From Thermodiscus sp. (GTDB lineage Archaea > Thermoproteota > Thermoprotei_A > Sulfolobales > Acidilobaceae), in the NCBI GenBank assembly GCA_015523485.1, contig WAKH01000004.1, positions 1,667-65,666 on the forward strand: DNA of 64,000 nucleotides. The letters are read 5' to 3'. The translations under genes were made by a program, and so were the position numbers. Numbering within the stretch: position 1 is the stretch's first letter; each line of letters begins with the position of its first letter. Shown here one piece after another: positions 50,658-61,043 of the stretch. Below the pieces are notes generated by a model. That model did not search any database. It saw only the letters and a program-made list of their open reading frames with translations, and was not told the DNA's origin.

Positions 50658-51515
50658 TTAGCCTATTTTCACCGGCAACCGTTCACCCAATGCCTCCTCA
50701 AGGGATTTAAAGTATACACGGGCCGCTTTGCTCCCTATGTCAATCGCTTTCAGGATCTCCTCCCTCGTCATAGAACCGGCTCCGGACTTCTGTATCCCGA
50801 CAACGTTACCTTCATGGTCGTATGCCACGATTAGCTTAGTGTCAGCCACAGTCTCCTCGTCGAGGTTGGGGTCTACTATTAGGTAGTCCCCTATCTTTGC
50901 TATATTCACGGTTGTCACGATCTTGTTTATCTGTAGCGGGGTCTTCTTCTCCTCCTTCAACCTTATCTCGCCAGTCTCAAGCTCCTCATAGTCCGGGAGC
51001 CTCGTGTCGATCAACGCTGCCATGGTTGCTAGCATGCTTGCGTCGAAGAGGTTCCCATCATAGTTCAACACGTATATGTCGACGTGTACGACCCAGACTT
51101 TCTGACCGGGTATGATTACTAGGCTCTTTCTATCAACTGCATTGCTCTCTCTCAGGCTTCTATCAATGACCCTGGCCAGCTCGATAGCGTTCTCGTCGGG
51201 AGGTCCTGGCTCGAACATTGGAGAGGCTATGGGCACGAACTCTGCGTTTACAGCGATTACACCCTCATCAGGTGTATCCTTGAAGGGTGTTCCCACATCC
51301 ACCTTTACACCTACTAGGACCTGCGTCTTACCCAGCTGTACCTGTGCCGAGCCCTCGGCCCTCTCTACCACGCCTGCCTCAATCTTGATTAGTCTGGGCG
51401 TGTATAGGTCCCTCTCCTCGATCCTCAAGCCCTTTGCGATTAGAGACAGGATTGTAGACTTCCTCAACTCTGGAACTATGGGTACCCTGAAAGGCGTTAG
51501 ACTCACTTCTCTCAC
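50658..51515 (-). CDS. rrp42: Exosome subunit Rrp42
   Basis: [36 protein letters not shown]. Confidence 0.95.
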   Translation of the reverse strand: MREVSLTPFRVPIVPELRKSTILSLIAKGLRIEERDLYTPRLIKIEAGVVERAEGSAQVQLGKTQVLVGVKVDVGTPFKDTPDEGVIAVNAEFVPIASPMFEPGPPDENAIELARVIDRSLRESNAVDRKSLVIIPGQKVWVVHVDIYVLNYDGNLFDASMLATMAALIDTRLPDYEELETGEIRLKEEKKTPLQINKIVTTVNIAKIGDYLIVDPNLDEETVADTKLIVAYDHEGNVVGIQKSGAGSMTREEILKAIDIGSKAARVYFKSLEEALGERLPVKIG

Positions 51516-52246
51516 ACCTCCTCCGTAGTCACATACTCCTCCACAAGGGTCTGTTTCTCGAGTTCGACCAGCTTCTTTATCGCTTCGAGGGCCATGTCGA
51601 GACCCTTCTCCACCTCTTCCTTTGTAAGTACTCCGTTCAGCTGGAACAGGGTGATTTTCCCTATGTCTGGTGCAGCAGCCACGGGCATATCAGCCTCTCC
51701 AACTCCGTCCTCCACTTCGTCGACGTCCAATACTAGTACTCCCTCTATCTTCCCCACTGCTATGCCAGCGACGAGGGCCTTCATGGGTATACCAGCGTTT
51801 GCGAGGGCTAGAGAGGCCGCAGTAACGGCGGCTGTCCTGGTTCCGCCGTCAGCCTGTAGGACTTCTATGAATATGTCGATCGCAGTCCTAGGGAAGTATT
51901 TAACCAGGATTATGTCCTCGAAGGCTTCTCTGATAACCTTTGATAACTCTATCTCCCTCCTGGAAGGTGCAGGGCTCTTCCTCTCAGCTGTTGAGAACGG
52001 GGCCATATGATACCTTACTCGGAGCAAAGCCCTGTCCGGTAGAATCATGAACCTCTGCACGGGCTCCCTAGGCCCGTATACTGCTGCGAGAACCCTTGTT
52101 CTACCGAACTCTACGAGAGCAGAGCCATCGGCGTTATCCAGTACATTTATTCTCATACTGACTGGACGCATCTCCTCGGGCAGGCGGCCGTCGTGCCGCC
52201 TCCCGAACTCGTCTATCAGCTTCACGTCCGTTGCCTTTGCCATCAC
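51512..52246 (-). CDS. rrp41: Exosome subunit Rrp41
   Basis: [31 protein letters not shown]. Confidence 0.95.
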   Translation of the reverse strand: MMAKATDVKLIDEFGRRHDGRLPEEMRPVSMRINVLDNADGSALVEFGRTRVLAAVYGPREPVQRFMILPDRALLRVRYHMAPFSTAERKSPAPSRREIELSKVIREAFEDIILVKYFPRTAIDIFIEVLQADGGTRTAAVTAASLALANAGIPMKALVAGIAVGKIEGVLVLDVDEVEDGVGEADMPVAAAPDIGKITLFQLNGVLTKEEVEKGLDMALEAIKKLVELEKQTLVEEYVTTEEV

Positions 52247-52944
52247 TCAACACCCTTTACTTTCTTCAACTCTTGAATGTACTCCTGCACTCTGGCAGTC
52301 AACCCCACTGTATGAGCCTCACGCTCGATCATTTTAATAGCAAGCACTAGTATCGACTCCCTCTCGGAGTCTGCACACTTAATATGTATCCTTCCATTCA
52401 CCGCCGCGAATATATCGCATCCAAGCTCCTCTTGCAACATTGAAATCATACTCCTCTTCTTCCCAATAACCCTCGGGATCTTAGCCGCCTGGATCTCTAC
52501 AATCTTACCCTCTGTTATCTTACCCAAACCCTTATCCTGGACTGTAAGTATGGGGCTCCTGGACCTATCGAATGCAACAACCTTAGCCTTAACATAGTCT
52601 CCAATATTGAGATACTGTGATAGATCATCTGTCAACGGATTGTATGGACGGCCTAAGAAGTCCTGGGCGTTCAACACCGCCACATAGGGGGAGTTGATAT
52701 CCACCTGCCAGTTCATTACACCTATCGACTGTATCATACCTATCACTACATCGCCTGGCTTCGGAACATAGACCGTCTGTAGAGGTATGAAGCTCGGCTT
52801 CTCACCGTGGAGATCCAACACTCCCATAACAGTTGCTACACGCGCCCCTTCCACTTCCACAACGTAGGGCTCCTTCAGCTCTACCTCATCCGGGAGTCGT
52901 TCTCCCGGGACCACGAGCTTCCTAGTCTTAGCCTCTTCCGACAC
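52243..52944 (-). CDS. rrp4: Exosome RNA-binding subunit Rrp4
   Basis: [16 protein letters not shown] (S1), PRVIGKK (KH), NGRI. Confidence 0.94.
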   Translation of the reverse strand: MSEEAKTRKLVVPGERLPDEVELKEPYVVEVEGARVATVMGVLDLHGEKPSFIPLQTVYVPKPGDVVIGMIQSIGVMNWQVDINSPYVAVLNAQDFLGRPYNPLTDDLSQYLNIGDYVKAKVVAFDRSRSPILTVQDKGLGKITEGKIVEIQAAKIPRVIGKKRSMISMLQEELGCDIFAAVNGRIHIKCADSERESILVLAIKMIEREAHTVGLTARVQEYIQELKKVKGVE

Positions 52945-53648
52945 TACTTCACCACCTTCACATCTACCCTTGCCTGGCCCTTGGTGAGGCCCTGGATCCT
53001 CGAGACGACCTCGACCTGCGATCCTGCCGGTATCTCTATCTCGGCGACTAGGGTTCCGTCGTGCCTCCAGTCGGATTTAAGTAGATTGCCTAGCCGTGCG
53101 AGCTCCCTATACAGTCTACCCGCGAATTGAGGGGGGATCTCGACGCGGACAAGAGCCTTAGCAAGCTTAATCGGCATAAGAGTCGCTATCTTACGCACGG
53201 CCTCAATCGCCTGAGTCTCAGCGTCTTTGAATGGATCTACACCTATCCTTAACTGCTCGAAGGCTGTTTCAATCCTTGTCTCAGGTATGGGTCTGCCCGT
53301 CTTGGGATCTATCGCGTTCCTAGCGATATACATTATTATCTGCCTCTTCTTCGCCTCAATCAGCTTTCTCCTCTGCTCCTCCGTTAACTGAATGTGGCCC
53401 TCCTTCAAGATCCTCTCAGCAATTTTACGAGGATCATCCGTGCCGAAGGCGCTCTTAACCTCCGAGGGGCTAGCCTTCAACCCCTTCTTCGAATCCCTAT
53501 AGATCGTATCAGTCCATAGAATATCGTCTATGTCGACCTGTTCACCCTCCTTGTACTTGAAGGCTGGATCAGGCCTAACTAGTATCTCGAACCTCTTACC
53601 CCTCAACTCTATCCAAGCGATAACATAGTCGGGCTTCTTTCCAGGCAT
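52944..53648 (-). CDS. Ribosome assembly factor SBDS/Sdo1
   Basis: RFEILV, FGTDD, IQLTEEQRR, IPAG. Confidence 0.93.
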   Translation of the reverse strand: MPGKKPDYVIAWIELRGKRFEILVRPDPAFKYKEGEQVDIDDILWTDTIYRDSKKGLKASPSEVKSAFGTDDPRKIAERILKEGHIQLTEEQRRKLIEAKKRQIIMYIARNAIDPKTGRPIPETRIETAFEQLRIGVDPFKDAETQAIEAVRKIATLMPIKLAKALVRVEIPPQFAGRLYRELARLGNLLKSDWRHDGTLVAEIEIPAGSQVEVVSRIQGLTKGQARVDVKVVK

Positions 53649-53711
53649 AATAGCTCCCCCAGAATATCCAGTGGGTACTAGAGAGGTAAAAACTAGAGGC
53701 TATCGCGAGGA

Positions 53712-54488
53712 CTACTTTTTGAGGAGTCTGTCCTTTAACGCGTCAATCCTCTCCCTTAACTCCTCACTTGTCATCTTCTTGAATATCCTCTCGTCAACCT
53801 TTACATAGCCGATCTCGACGAGGGTATGGTACTCGTTGAATAGCTCCTCTGCGTTAACCTTCTCACCAGCCGCTTCGAGCTTACTCCGGAATATAGCCTC
53901 TAGCACCAAGTCTACTATCTCGTCGAACTCCATGTCACGCCTATACTTTTCTTCGAGGAATGAGCTTACGAAGGACTCGCCGGCTCCAATGGCTACCGCG
54001 TAATAGTTGAAGTACTGTCCTCCAGGGTCCGTCTTTATCAGGCGGACCTTACCCTCCGGGTTCACGCCTCCGAATATGAGGGAGACTCCGAATGGTCTAA
54101 CTCCGCCGTGCTGGGTGTAGAGTTGTTTGATGTCCGATATCGTCTTAGCTACATAGTCGACAGTGGGCGGGTCACCGTAGAGGAGTCTGTGTCTAACCGC
54201 TATCAGCCTAGCTTGATCTATCAGGATGCGGCCGTCGCTTCCCATACCAGCGAAGGCAACGCCTATGTGCTCATCAACCTTGTATATCTTCTCGATGCTC
54301 TCGAGGTCGAGGAGCTTCGTCAGCTTCCTCTTCTCCGCGGCTAAAACAACCGCATCTTTGCCCCTAATTCCAACACTTGTCCAACCCTTCCTTACAGCCT
54401 CGAACGCATACCTTACTTGGTAGAGATCTCCTTCCGGCGAGAATATTATTGCAGCCCTATCATAGGCCGTTTGGGGTAGCATTGCCAT
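53712..54488 (-). CDS. psmA: Proteasome alpha subunit
   Basis: YDRA..IFSPEG.LYQV.YA, TQHGGVRPFGVS. Confidence 0.96.
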   Translation of the reverse strand: MAMLPQTAYDRAAIIFSPEGDLYQVRYAFEAVRKGWTSVGIRGKDAVVLAAEKRKLTKLLDLESIEKIYKVDEHIGVAFAGMGSDGRILIDQARLIAVRHRLLYGDPPTVDYVAKTISDIKQLYTQHGGVRPFGVSLIFGGVNPEGKVRLIKTDPGGQYFNYYAVAIGAGESFVSSFLEEKYRRDMEFDEIVDLVLEAIFRSKLEAAGEKVNAEELFNEYHTLVEIGYVKVDERIFKKMTSEELRERIDALKDRLLKK

Positions 54489-54574
54489 CGTACTTACACC
54501 CTCTTTTCTCCAAGACCTCCTGGTTGGGATCAGAGCTTTAAATAATACAGTTAGAGACCGCTATTCAAAACGGG

Positions 54575-54631
54575 CCGATGATGAAGAGACCGACCAGTGA
54601 TCGGGGTGATCGAAGCTTCTCTCCACTGAGG
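54575..54631 (+). ncRNA. Candidate box C/D guide sRNA
   Basis: C box ATGATGA 54578-54584; guide AGAGACCGACCA; D' GTGA 54597-54600; C' GTGATCG; guide AGCTTCTCTCCA; D box CTGA 54626-54629; CC/GG closing pairs. Confidence 0.8.
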
Positions 54632-54643
54632 AGGGCGTAGGAT

Positions 54644-55129
54644 ATGGATACAGCTGGTATAGCGGCACTAATAATAGCGGTCGCAGCGTTACTGACATCA
54701 ATATATGCATTATTCACTATAATGAGGATTAAACGTAGATTTTCCTACCTATTATCAGCAATATCGGTTAACTCGAAGATAATTGAGAGCATTAGGGAAA
54801 CCGCGAAGAAACCTAGGAAGAGGTACATAGTCTTCGAAGTCCAGTCAGGAAAGAATCATAGCGAAAAGGAAGTAGCGAAGGCTATTATCGACGAGGCAAG
54901 GGAAGTGCTCGGGCAAACGGGTCTTGTCGACTCCGGAATTCACCTCGTGATATACGATGTCGATAGAAGGATTGGGGTGCTCCGGGTTAAGAACACGTAC
55001 AAGTACCAGGCTCTAGCAATTCTCGGCATGGTTAGAAGTATTGGAGATGAGAGAGTAAGGTTGATTCCTCTCTATACAAGTGGTACGCTAAAGAAGGCCC
55101 TAAAGAGGGCAGGAGTCCGTAAGAAATAA
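54644..55129 (+). CDS. rnp2: RNase P protein Pop5/Rpp14 with N-terminal hydrophobic extension
   Basis: RKRYIVFEV, LGQTG, GVLRV, TSGTLKKA. Confidence 0.88.
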   Translation: MDTAGIAALIIAVAALLTSIYALFTIMRIKRRFSYLLSAISVNSKIIESIRETAKKPRKRYIVFEVQSGKNHSEKEVAKAIIDEAREVLGQTGLVDSGIHLVIYDVDRRIGVLRVKNTYKYQALAILGMVRSIGDERVRLIPLYTSGTLKKALKRAGVRKK

Positions 55130-55139
55130 TTCTCGATTA

Positions 55140-56363
55140 CTATTTCGCCGCTGCAACAATCTTTACAACGTCGTTATCTTGCAGAATATATGATTCTCCT
55201 ATCCTCTGCTTTGTTCTCGCGTTTATGGCGTAGAGGAATGTTTTACCCAAGTCTGTGTGTATCATGTATGCGAGCTCTCTGACGGTTGTCCCCCTCGGCA
55301 CGAGTAGCGCGTCTGGGAGCACTCTGCCTTCCTTGTCCGTGTACTTGTTTGGATCCTCTACTGGGTAAACGACTATGTGGTCTAGTACTTCGAATACCGC
55401 CTTATTGATTGCAGCCTGTACGCCGGTGGACCCCCATTTCTCCAGAACTCTGTCAACTATGGCTAGGAGTCTTCTGGTTTTCTCATCGATAGCCTTCTCG
55501 TTGACTATAGTGTATGACTTGTCTCCCGGTAGGTACTTTATTGCTCCTGCCTTGGAGAGCTTCCTCAGTAGAAGCTCAGCCGCAGCACTAGTTGGAACCA
55601 CCGGGTACTCTGGGTACTCCTGGCGTAGCCTTTCCACGTTCTCCTCGGCGATAGGGATATCGATCTTGTTGGCCACGATCACGACTGGTTTCGCTATCCT
55701 CCTGAGAGTCTTCATGAATGTTCTGAGTTCATCGGTTGTCCAGCTAGACAGCTTCTTATCCATTAATCCCGTCTTCTCTAGTGCTTCTATCACGTGAGGC
55801 TTGCGTATGCTTAGACCCGATAGCCTCTGTGCTATGGCTCCGGGAACATCTAGGGTACCACTCGTATCCACTGTTCTAGCGAACTTGCTCCAGTCCCTCG
55901 CAACGATAGAATACATCCATTCGTCTATCTCGTTTAGTATCTCTTTAACCTCCTCTACCGGATCATAGGAGCCCGGCTTTACAGGGACCCCTTCTGGATC
56001 CGTACTGCCACTTGCGTCGACTACTAGGAGCATGACGTCTGCCTGCCTAACATCATCTAGGAATCTGTTTCCAAGCCCCCTACCTTTATGGGCTCCTGGT
56101 ACGAGGCCAGCGACATCCATCATCCTAACTGGGATAAACCTCTCCCCGTGAATGCATAGACTATTGCTGGCGTCGCATTTCGGGAGACCCAGGGAGACAT
56201 GAGCGCAAGTCTTCCTGACATATGATACTCCCACGTTAGCCTCTATCGTGACGAACGGCCTATTCGCGATCTCTACAACAGCCTCTGTCGCCGCGGCGAA
56301 GAACGTCGACTTTCCAACATTCGTCTTTCCAACCACTCCTAAGAGTATACGGGAAGCCTCCAC
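55140..56363 (-). CDS. ychF: YchF/Ola1 (Obg-like) ATPase/GTPase with TGS domain
   Basis: [44 protein letters not shown] 56363 with SD GGAGGG. Confidence 0.92.
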   Translation of the reverse strand: MEASRILLGVVGKTNVGKSTFFAAATEAVVEIANRPFVTIEANVGVSYVRKTCAHVSLGLPKCDASNSLCIHGERFIPVRMMDVAGLVPGAHKGRGLGNRFLDDVRQADVMLLVVDASGSTDPEGVPVKPGSYDPVEEVKEILNEIDEWMYSIVARDWSKFARTVDTSGTLDVPGAIAQRLSGLSIRKPHVIEALEKTGLMDKKLSSWTTDELRTFMKTLRRIAKPVVIVANKIDIPIAEENVERLRQEYPEYPVVPTSAAAELLLRKLSKAGAIKYLPGDKSYTIVNEKAIDEKTRRLLAIVDRVLEKWGSTGVQAAINKAVFEVLDHIVVYPVEDPNKYTDKEGRVLPDALLVPRGTTVRELAYMIHTDLGKTFLYAINARTKQRIGESYILQDNDVVKIVAAAK

Positions 56364-56423
56364 GACACCTAGCCCTCCAAAACCCCACCAGGTGGGCGGG
56401 GGACAGTTTAAAATCCTCAGAAA

Positions 56424-56466
56424 CACCTCTACCTACCGCCTGGATGTATGCGGTAAGGCAGGGGTG
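56424..56466 (+). promoter_or_regulatory. Hairpin upstream of rpl15e covering its SD (candidate r-leader)
   Basis: CACCTCT/AGGGGTG, CC/GG and TACCGC/GCGGTA stems around a 10-nt loop. Confidence 0.4.
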
Positions 56467-56472
56467 CAATGG

Positions 56473-57150
56473 ATGGCGAAGTCAATGTATCACTACATCG
56501 CCGAGGCTTGGAGGAGGCCATATGACGGCGAACACGGAGAGCTAATGAAGCTAAGGCTAATCGAATGGAGGAAGCAGCCAGCCATACTCAGGGTAGACAA
56601 GCCGACTCGCCTAGACAGGGCAAGGTCTCTCGGCTACAAGGCGAAGCAGGGAGTGATAGTTGTACGTGTGAGGGTCAGGAAAGGAGGCAGGAGGAAGCCT
56701 AGGCCAAACAAGGGCCGCAGGCCCAAGAGAATGGGTGTATATGGATTCGCACCGGCTAAGAGCATCAGACTCATCGCTGAAGAGAGAGCTCAGAGGAAGT
56801 ACCCCAACATGATAGTATTGAACAGCTACTATGTAGGCGAAGACGGGCTCTACAAGTGGTATGAAGTCATACTAGTAGACCCGAACCATCCAGCGATAAT
56901 GTCCGATCCAGAACTCTCATGGGTCTCCTCAGGGAAACATAAGGGTAGACCATTCAGGGGATTGACCAGTGCAGGCAAGAAGATGAGGGGACTACGCAAG
57001 AGCAGGGGACTCAAGGGAACACACAAGTACAAGTGGAAGAAGAAGCAGAAGGAGCGCAAGCTGAAGAAGAGGCACGAGGCAAGCGGCAGGGCGAGGCTGA
57101 TAGAGCCCGACGAGATAAGGGCGAAGTACCACAAGGGAGACCTACAGTAA
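56473..57150 (+). CDS. rpl15e: 50S ribosomal protein L15e
   Basis: [41 protein letters not shown]; true start ATG 56473. Confidence 0.97.
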   Translation: MAKSMYHYIAEAWRRPYDGEHGELMKLRLIEWRKQPAILRVDKPTRLDRARSLGYKAKQGVIVVRVRVRKGGRRKPRPNKGRRPKRMGVYGFAPAKSIRLIAEERAQRKYPNMIVLNSYYVGEDGLYKWYEVILVDPNHPAIMSDPELSWVSSGKHKGRPFRGLTSAGKKMRGLRKSRGLKGTHKYKWKKKQKERKLKKRHEASGRARLIEPDEIRAKYHKGDLQ

Positions 57151-57207
57151 ACACCCATAATCCTTACATAACTATCCACCCAGATTATACCCGGGGAGTG
57201 GTCCTTA

Positions 57208-57651
57208 TTGGGCATAAAGTCGCTAGAGCTGAGAGCCTACGTACATGCCACTGAGGAAAGGGAACGCGTCATACAAGCCCTAAAATCGATCCTTGGAGAG
57301 GATCTTTGGGAGCAGGCCGAAGTAACTGAGGAGAGATACGAGGGACACTACGGGAACCCAGTAACCGTGCTGACAGTCAAGATCGACGACGCCGACAAGG
57401 CATCTAAGGCGTTTGAATCAATACTATCCAGGCTCACCCACGGGGACGTCTCCATTCTCCTACACAGCCTGGATGAGAGGGTCGATAAGAACGGGACACT
57501 ATACTTTAGGCTGAGTAAGCAAGACGCGTATCTAGGAAGGCTAATCGTATATGAGGCCGACGACGTGGTCCGAGTATCAATCAGCTTCCAGGGTAGGAGG
57601 AGAAAAGCCCTAGAAGAATATAGGAAGAAGCTGGAGGAAGCAAGAGAGTGA
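57208..57651 (+). CDS. DUF54-family predicted RNA-binding protein
   Basis: VHATE, GHYGNP, YFRLSKQ; follows rpl15e. Confidence 0.85.
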   Translation: MGIKSLELRAYVHATEERERVIQALKSILGEDLWEQAEVTEERYEGHYGNPVTVLTVKIDDADKASKAFESILSRLTHGDVSILLHSLDERVDKNGTLYFRLSKQDAYLGRLIVYEADDVVRVSISFQGRRRKALEEYRKKLEEARE

Positions 57652-58286
57652 AGTGCTACTATGACTTGTATACGAGGCCTGCTGACCGCGACGCCCTCAT
57701 AGAGCTGTTAGAGTCTGCCAAACGCCTAGGCTACTGTCTACTAGGCGTAGAATACGAAGGAGACTGGAAGGAGGCTAAGTCTATCTCCCAAGAGATCGGC
57801 ATTAGGATTGTAAGGGTAGTAATCCTCGAAGGCGAAAGTAGGAGCGAAGTAGCGAGGAGCTTATCCGGTAAACCGCGTAACGCCTTGTTCTTCGTCAAGG
57901 CAACCAATCAAGACGTAGCCAGATACTCGAGTGCCAACAAGAAATTCGCTGGTTTCCTAGCAGTACCAGGTCAAGAGAGGCTTATCGATAGGAGCACGAA
58001 AACCTTGTTTCACGAGCGTGGCTGGGGAATAGTCCTCGTAACACTAAACCGCCTGTTATCCGAGCGAAAGAGTCGGAGGACCTGGAGATACTACTATCTG
58101 GCCCTGAGGAGAGCCTACGCGTATAGGATAGACCTAGCCCTAGTGAGCGCGGCTAGAACCGATAGCGATCTCTGGCATCCATTATCCGCTATAGGGGTGG
58201 GAGAACTCTTCGGGGTCCCCGCAGAATACACGGCTAGCTGGCTAACAAGCCATCCTGCACGGATAGTCAGTATCCTCACGAGATAG
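57648..58286 (+). CDS. rnp3: RNase P protein Rpp30 (divergent PHP fold)
   Basis: YYDL, A.RLGY, LVSAA....LWHP, P..I; rpl15e-DUF54-rpp30 synteny. Confidence 0.78.
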   Translation: MKCYYDLYTRPADRDALIELLESAKRLGYCLLGVEYEGDWKEAKSISQEIGIRIVRVVILEGESRSEVARSLSGKPRNALFFVKATNQDVARYSSANKKFAGFLAVPGQERLIDRSTKTLFHERGWGIVLVTLNRLLSERKSRRTWRYYYLALRRAYAYRIDLALVSAARTDSDLWHPLSAIGVGELFGVPAEYTASWLTSHPARIVSILTR

Positions 58287-59787
58287 ATCGCAGGAGAGAC
58301 TCGTACTCGAACCTCAGCATCCTTAAGCCTGCATAGGGATGCTCGACTATTTCATGCCACGGAGGAGTCCACTCAACAGGCTTCTCCTCCAGGTACTCGG
58401 CTAAATTGATTCCCAGCCTCCGGGCTACTGATTTGAAAGCGCCTAGCCTCCCACCCCTCCTAGCCCATTCAACCACGAGTTCGCCCACCCTCTTATCTCC
58501 CCGGGCGAGGACTGTCTGTACTACCGCCCATTTGGGATCGTAGAATGATACCCTAGCACCCTTCATCGACGCCCTCTTCCTCAACACTCGCATCTTCTCG
58601 GCGATCATCTTTGGATCAGGGACCCTAGACCATTGCATTGGAGTGACAGGCTTCGGCATGAAGGGGTTCACTGCCACCTTGAGGGTCCCTCCACTACTCC
58701 CCACCTTGTAGGCGGCGTCCTCTACTAGCTTGACTGTCTCCTCGAAGTCTTCATCCGTCTCGCCCGGGAAGCCTATCATAATGTACAACTTTACGTTCCG
58801 TAGTCCTCCCTCTAACGCGTTATCTATAGCGGTCATCGTGCCCTCGTATCCTATGCACTTGTTGATAGCCTCTCCTATTCTACAACTACCGGTTTCAGGG
58901 GCTATCGTTATAGTCCGTTGCCCGCCGAGGGAGATCAGCTCTGCCCTCTCCCTCGTAAGGGTCTCAGCCCTAATACTAGGCACAGACACCTCTAGGCCCT
59001 GTGATACCGCGTATTCTAGGATCTTCTGAGCGTGCGGCGAGTCGAAGAAGGCCAGGCTATAGAAGCTCACTTTACCAACACGGTTCGCGGCAATACCCTC
59101 ATCGAGGATGCTTCTCAGCTTCTGGAAGGATCGATCCCTCTTCGGCCTGAATATCATGCCCTCCATGCAGAACCTGCATCCCCTCGCGCACCCTCTAGTG
59201 GTTTCCAACATGAATGATCTTCCCCAGACAGGTTCGATATCCTTGGGGATCCTTTGATCGATGGGATACCATGCGTCATCTAGGTTCCTGACGTATACGC
59301 GTTTGACTCGTTCATTGTATCCGGGTACTAGGAGGCCTTCGATACCCGATAACTCCTGCAGGATTCTCTCCCGAGACTCGTGTTCTACGGCATCTACTAT
59401 TTGCTCGAGGACTGGTTCGGCCTCCCCTACGAGAACTACGTCTAGTATATCGAGTAGTGGGGTGGGGTTGGCCGTAATGGCGGGTCCCCCAGCAAGGATT
59501 ATCGGTCCCTCCCGCCTGTCCCTCCTCCAGACTGGTATACTTAGAGAGTCAAGCATGTCTACAAGGTCGATGTACATCAACTCGTAGGGTAGGCTTGTCA
59601 GTATGATCTTGGACTTTGAAGGATGCGGAGCCTCTCGTTCAGCTATTATCCCGTCCTCCTTGAAGTACACGGCTGTCCTTGCGCCTAGCTCTGATAAGTA
59701 GCCTTTGAGCATGTGGAATGCAAGGCTGGAATAAGCCACCCGCCTATCGCTTAGGTAGAGGATTGCTATGTCGAGGCCTCTTGACAC
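58276..59787 (-). CDS. Radical SAM protein with N-terminal B12-binding-like domain
   Basis: AGGP.ITANP, GEAE, TRGCARGCRFC, TIAPETG, YIMIGFPGET, PFMPKPVTPMQW. Confidence 0.88.
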   Translation of the reverse strand: MSRGLDIAILYLSDRRVAYSSLAFHMLKGYLSELGARTAVYFKEDGIIAEREAPHPSKSKIILTSLPYELMYIDLVDMLDSLSIPVWRRDRREGPIILAGGPAITANPTPLLDILDVVLVGEAEPVLEQIVDAVEHESRERILQELSGIEGLLVPGYNERVKRVYVRNLDDAWYPIDQRIPKDIEPVWGRSFMLETTRGCARGCRFCMEGMIFRPKRDRSFQKLRSILDEGIAANRVGKVSFYSLAFFDSPHAQKILEYAVSQGLEVSVPSIRAETLTRERAELISLGGQRTITIAPETGSCRIGEAINKCIGYEGTMTAIDNALEGGLRNVKLYIMIGFPGETDEDFEETVKLVEDAAYKVGSSGGTLKVAVNPFMPKPVTPMQWSRVPDPKMIAEKMRVLRKRASMKGARVSFYDPKWAVVQTVLARGDKRVGELVVEWARRGGRLGAFKSVARRLGINLAEYLEEKPVEWTPPWHEIVEHPYAGLRMLRFEYESLLRSIS

Positions 59788-61043
59788 CTAAAGACACCGC
59801 CTTTTTCAACATCTCTCTTTACAACACAGCCCGGATAGATCCACGCGTACGAGCCTATCTTGACGCCTGGGTAGATGGAGACGTTTATCCCGGTCTGCGC
59901 GTACCCGCCGATCACCGCTCCCAGCTTCTTCCTCCCGGTATCTACTCTCTTTCCTTTAACCGTCATCTTGATTGTTCCCTTGTCGAATCTCAGGTTGGCG
60001 GTGATTGTTCCTGCTCCTAGGTTCACGTGTTCTCCAACTATGCTGTCTCCTATGTAGTTGAAGTGGGGTGCCTTGGCGCCCTCGAATAGTATTGAAGCCT
60101 TAATCTCCGTGGAATGGCCTGCTTTACTATTACTCATCATGATACTCCATGGCCGCACGTATGCGTGGGGACCCACCTCTACCCCGGGCCCTATGTAGGC
60201 GGGTCCCTCGATGTACGTATATGGCTTAATGCGGGCTCCCTCCTCGATGACCACGGGACCCTCTATGTGAGCATATGGCGATACGTCTCCCTTGACAACC
60301 TCCTTCTCTTGGAGAAGTTCTTCTAGCCTATACCTGCTCGCGGTGAAGAGGTCCCAGGGCCTACCTATGTCGAGCCAGATATCGCTTTCAGGGACCCTCA
60401 CTATACTGACTGGATAGTCCTTCGCCATCGAGGTTAGTGCGTCTGTCGCCTCGTATTCCCCTCGGGGAGATAATGGGAGATCCTTGAAGTAGTCTTTGTG
60501 GTCGGAGGTGATTTTTATCATGCCTGCGAATATGAGGTTACTTGGCTCCTTCCCCTTCTCGGGCTTCTCGACGATCCCCGCGAATCCGCCGTCTCGGATC
60601 TTGAGGACTCCATACTCCCAGGGGGTCTCGGTTACTGCGGCTAGTATTGATGGTGCCTCGGCCGTTGACATCGCCTTGTAGACTCCTTCCCCTACGTAGA
60701 TGTCGGAGTATACTATCAGGATCTCGTCGCCTTCAGCCTCCTTTAACGCTTCGTTTATTGCATGACCCGTCCCAAGCTCCCCCTTCTGGTTGATGACTCT
60801 AGCCTCAACGTTGAGCGACGCAACGTATTGAGTCACTTTATCCATCATGTATGAAGAGACTATGATCACCTCGTCGGGCTGGAAGTAGTTGGATGCGAGT
60901 CTCAAGTGCCTCGAGAGTAACGTCTCGTCTATCACGGGGATAAGGGGTTTAGGCCTCGTCTCAGTGAGGGGTCTTAGGCGCTCGCCCTTGCCTGCGGCCA
61001 GTATTATGAGGCTATTCAACGTCCAGCCCACCCAGCCTGTCAT
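59766..61043 (-). CDS. glmU: Bifunctional sugar-1-phosphate nucleotidylyltransferase/acetyltransferase (archaeal GlmU)
   Basis: ILAAGKGERLRPLT..PKPL, EKP, SPRGEYE, hexapeptide repeats, HFNYIGDS, ANLRFD; start may be TTG 61019. Confidence 0.9.
   Translation of the reverse strand: MTGWVGWTLNSLIILAAGKGERLRPLTETRPKPLIPVIDETLLSRHLRLASNYFQPDEVIIVSSYMMDKVTQYVASLNVEARVINQKGELGTGHAINEALKEAEGDEILIVYSDIYVGEGVYKAMSTAEAPSILAAVTETPWEYGVLKIRDGGFAGIVEKPEKGKEPSNLIFAGMIKITSDHKDYFKDLPLSPRGEYEATDALTSMAKDYPVSIVRVPESDIWLDIGRPWDLFTASRYRLEELLQEKEVVKGDVSPYAHIEGPVVIEEGARIKPYTYIEGPAYIGPGVEVGPHAYVRPWSIMMSNSKAGHSTEIKASILFEGAKAPHFNYIGDSIVGEHVNLGAGTITANLRFDKGTIKMTVKGKRVDTGRKKLGAVIGGYAQTGINVSIYPGVKIGSYAWIYPGCVVKRDVEKGGVFRCQEAST

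Noticed and set aside
56248..56472. 75-aa N-terminal extension of L15e in the ORF track
   Set aside because: Overlaps ychF antisense; canonical start ATG 56473 has an SD
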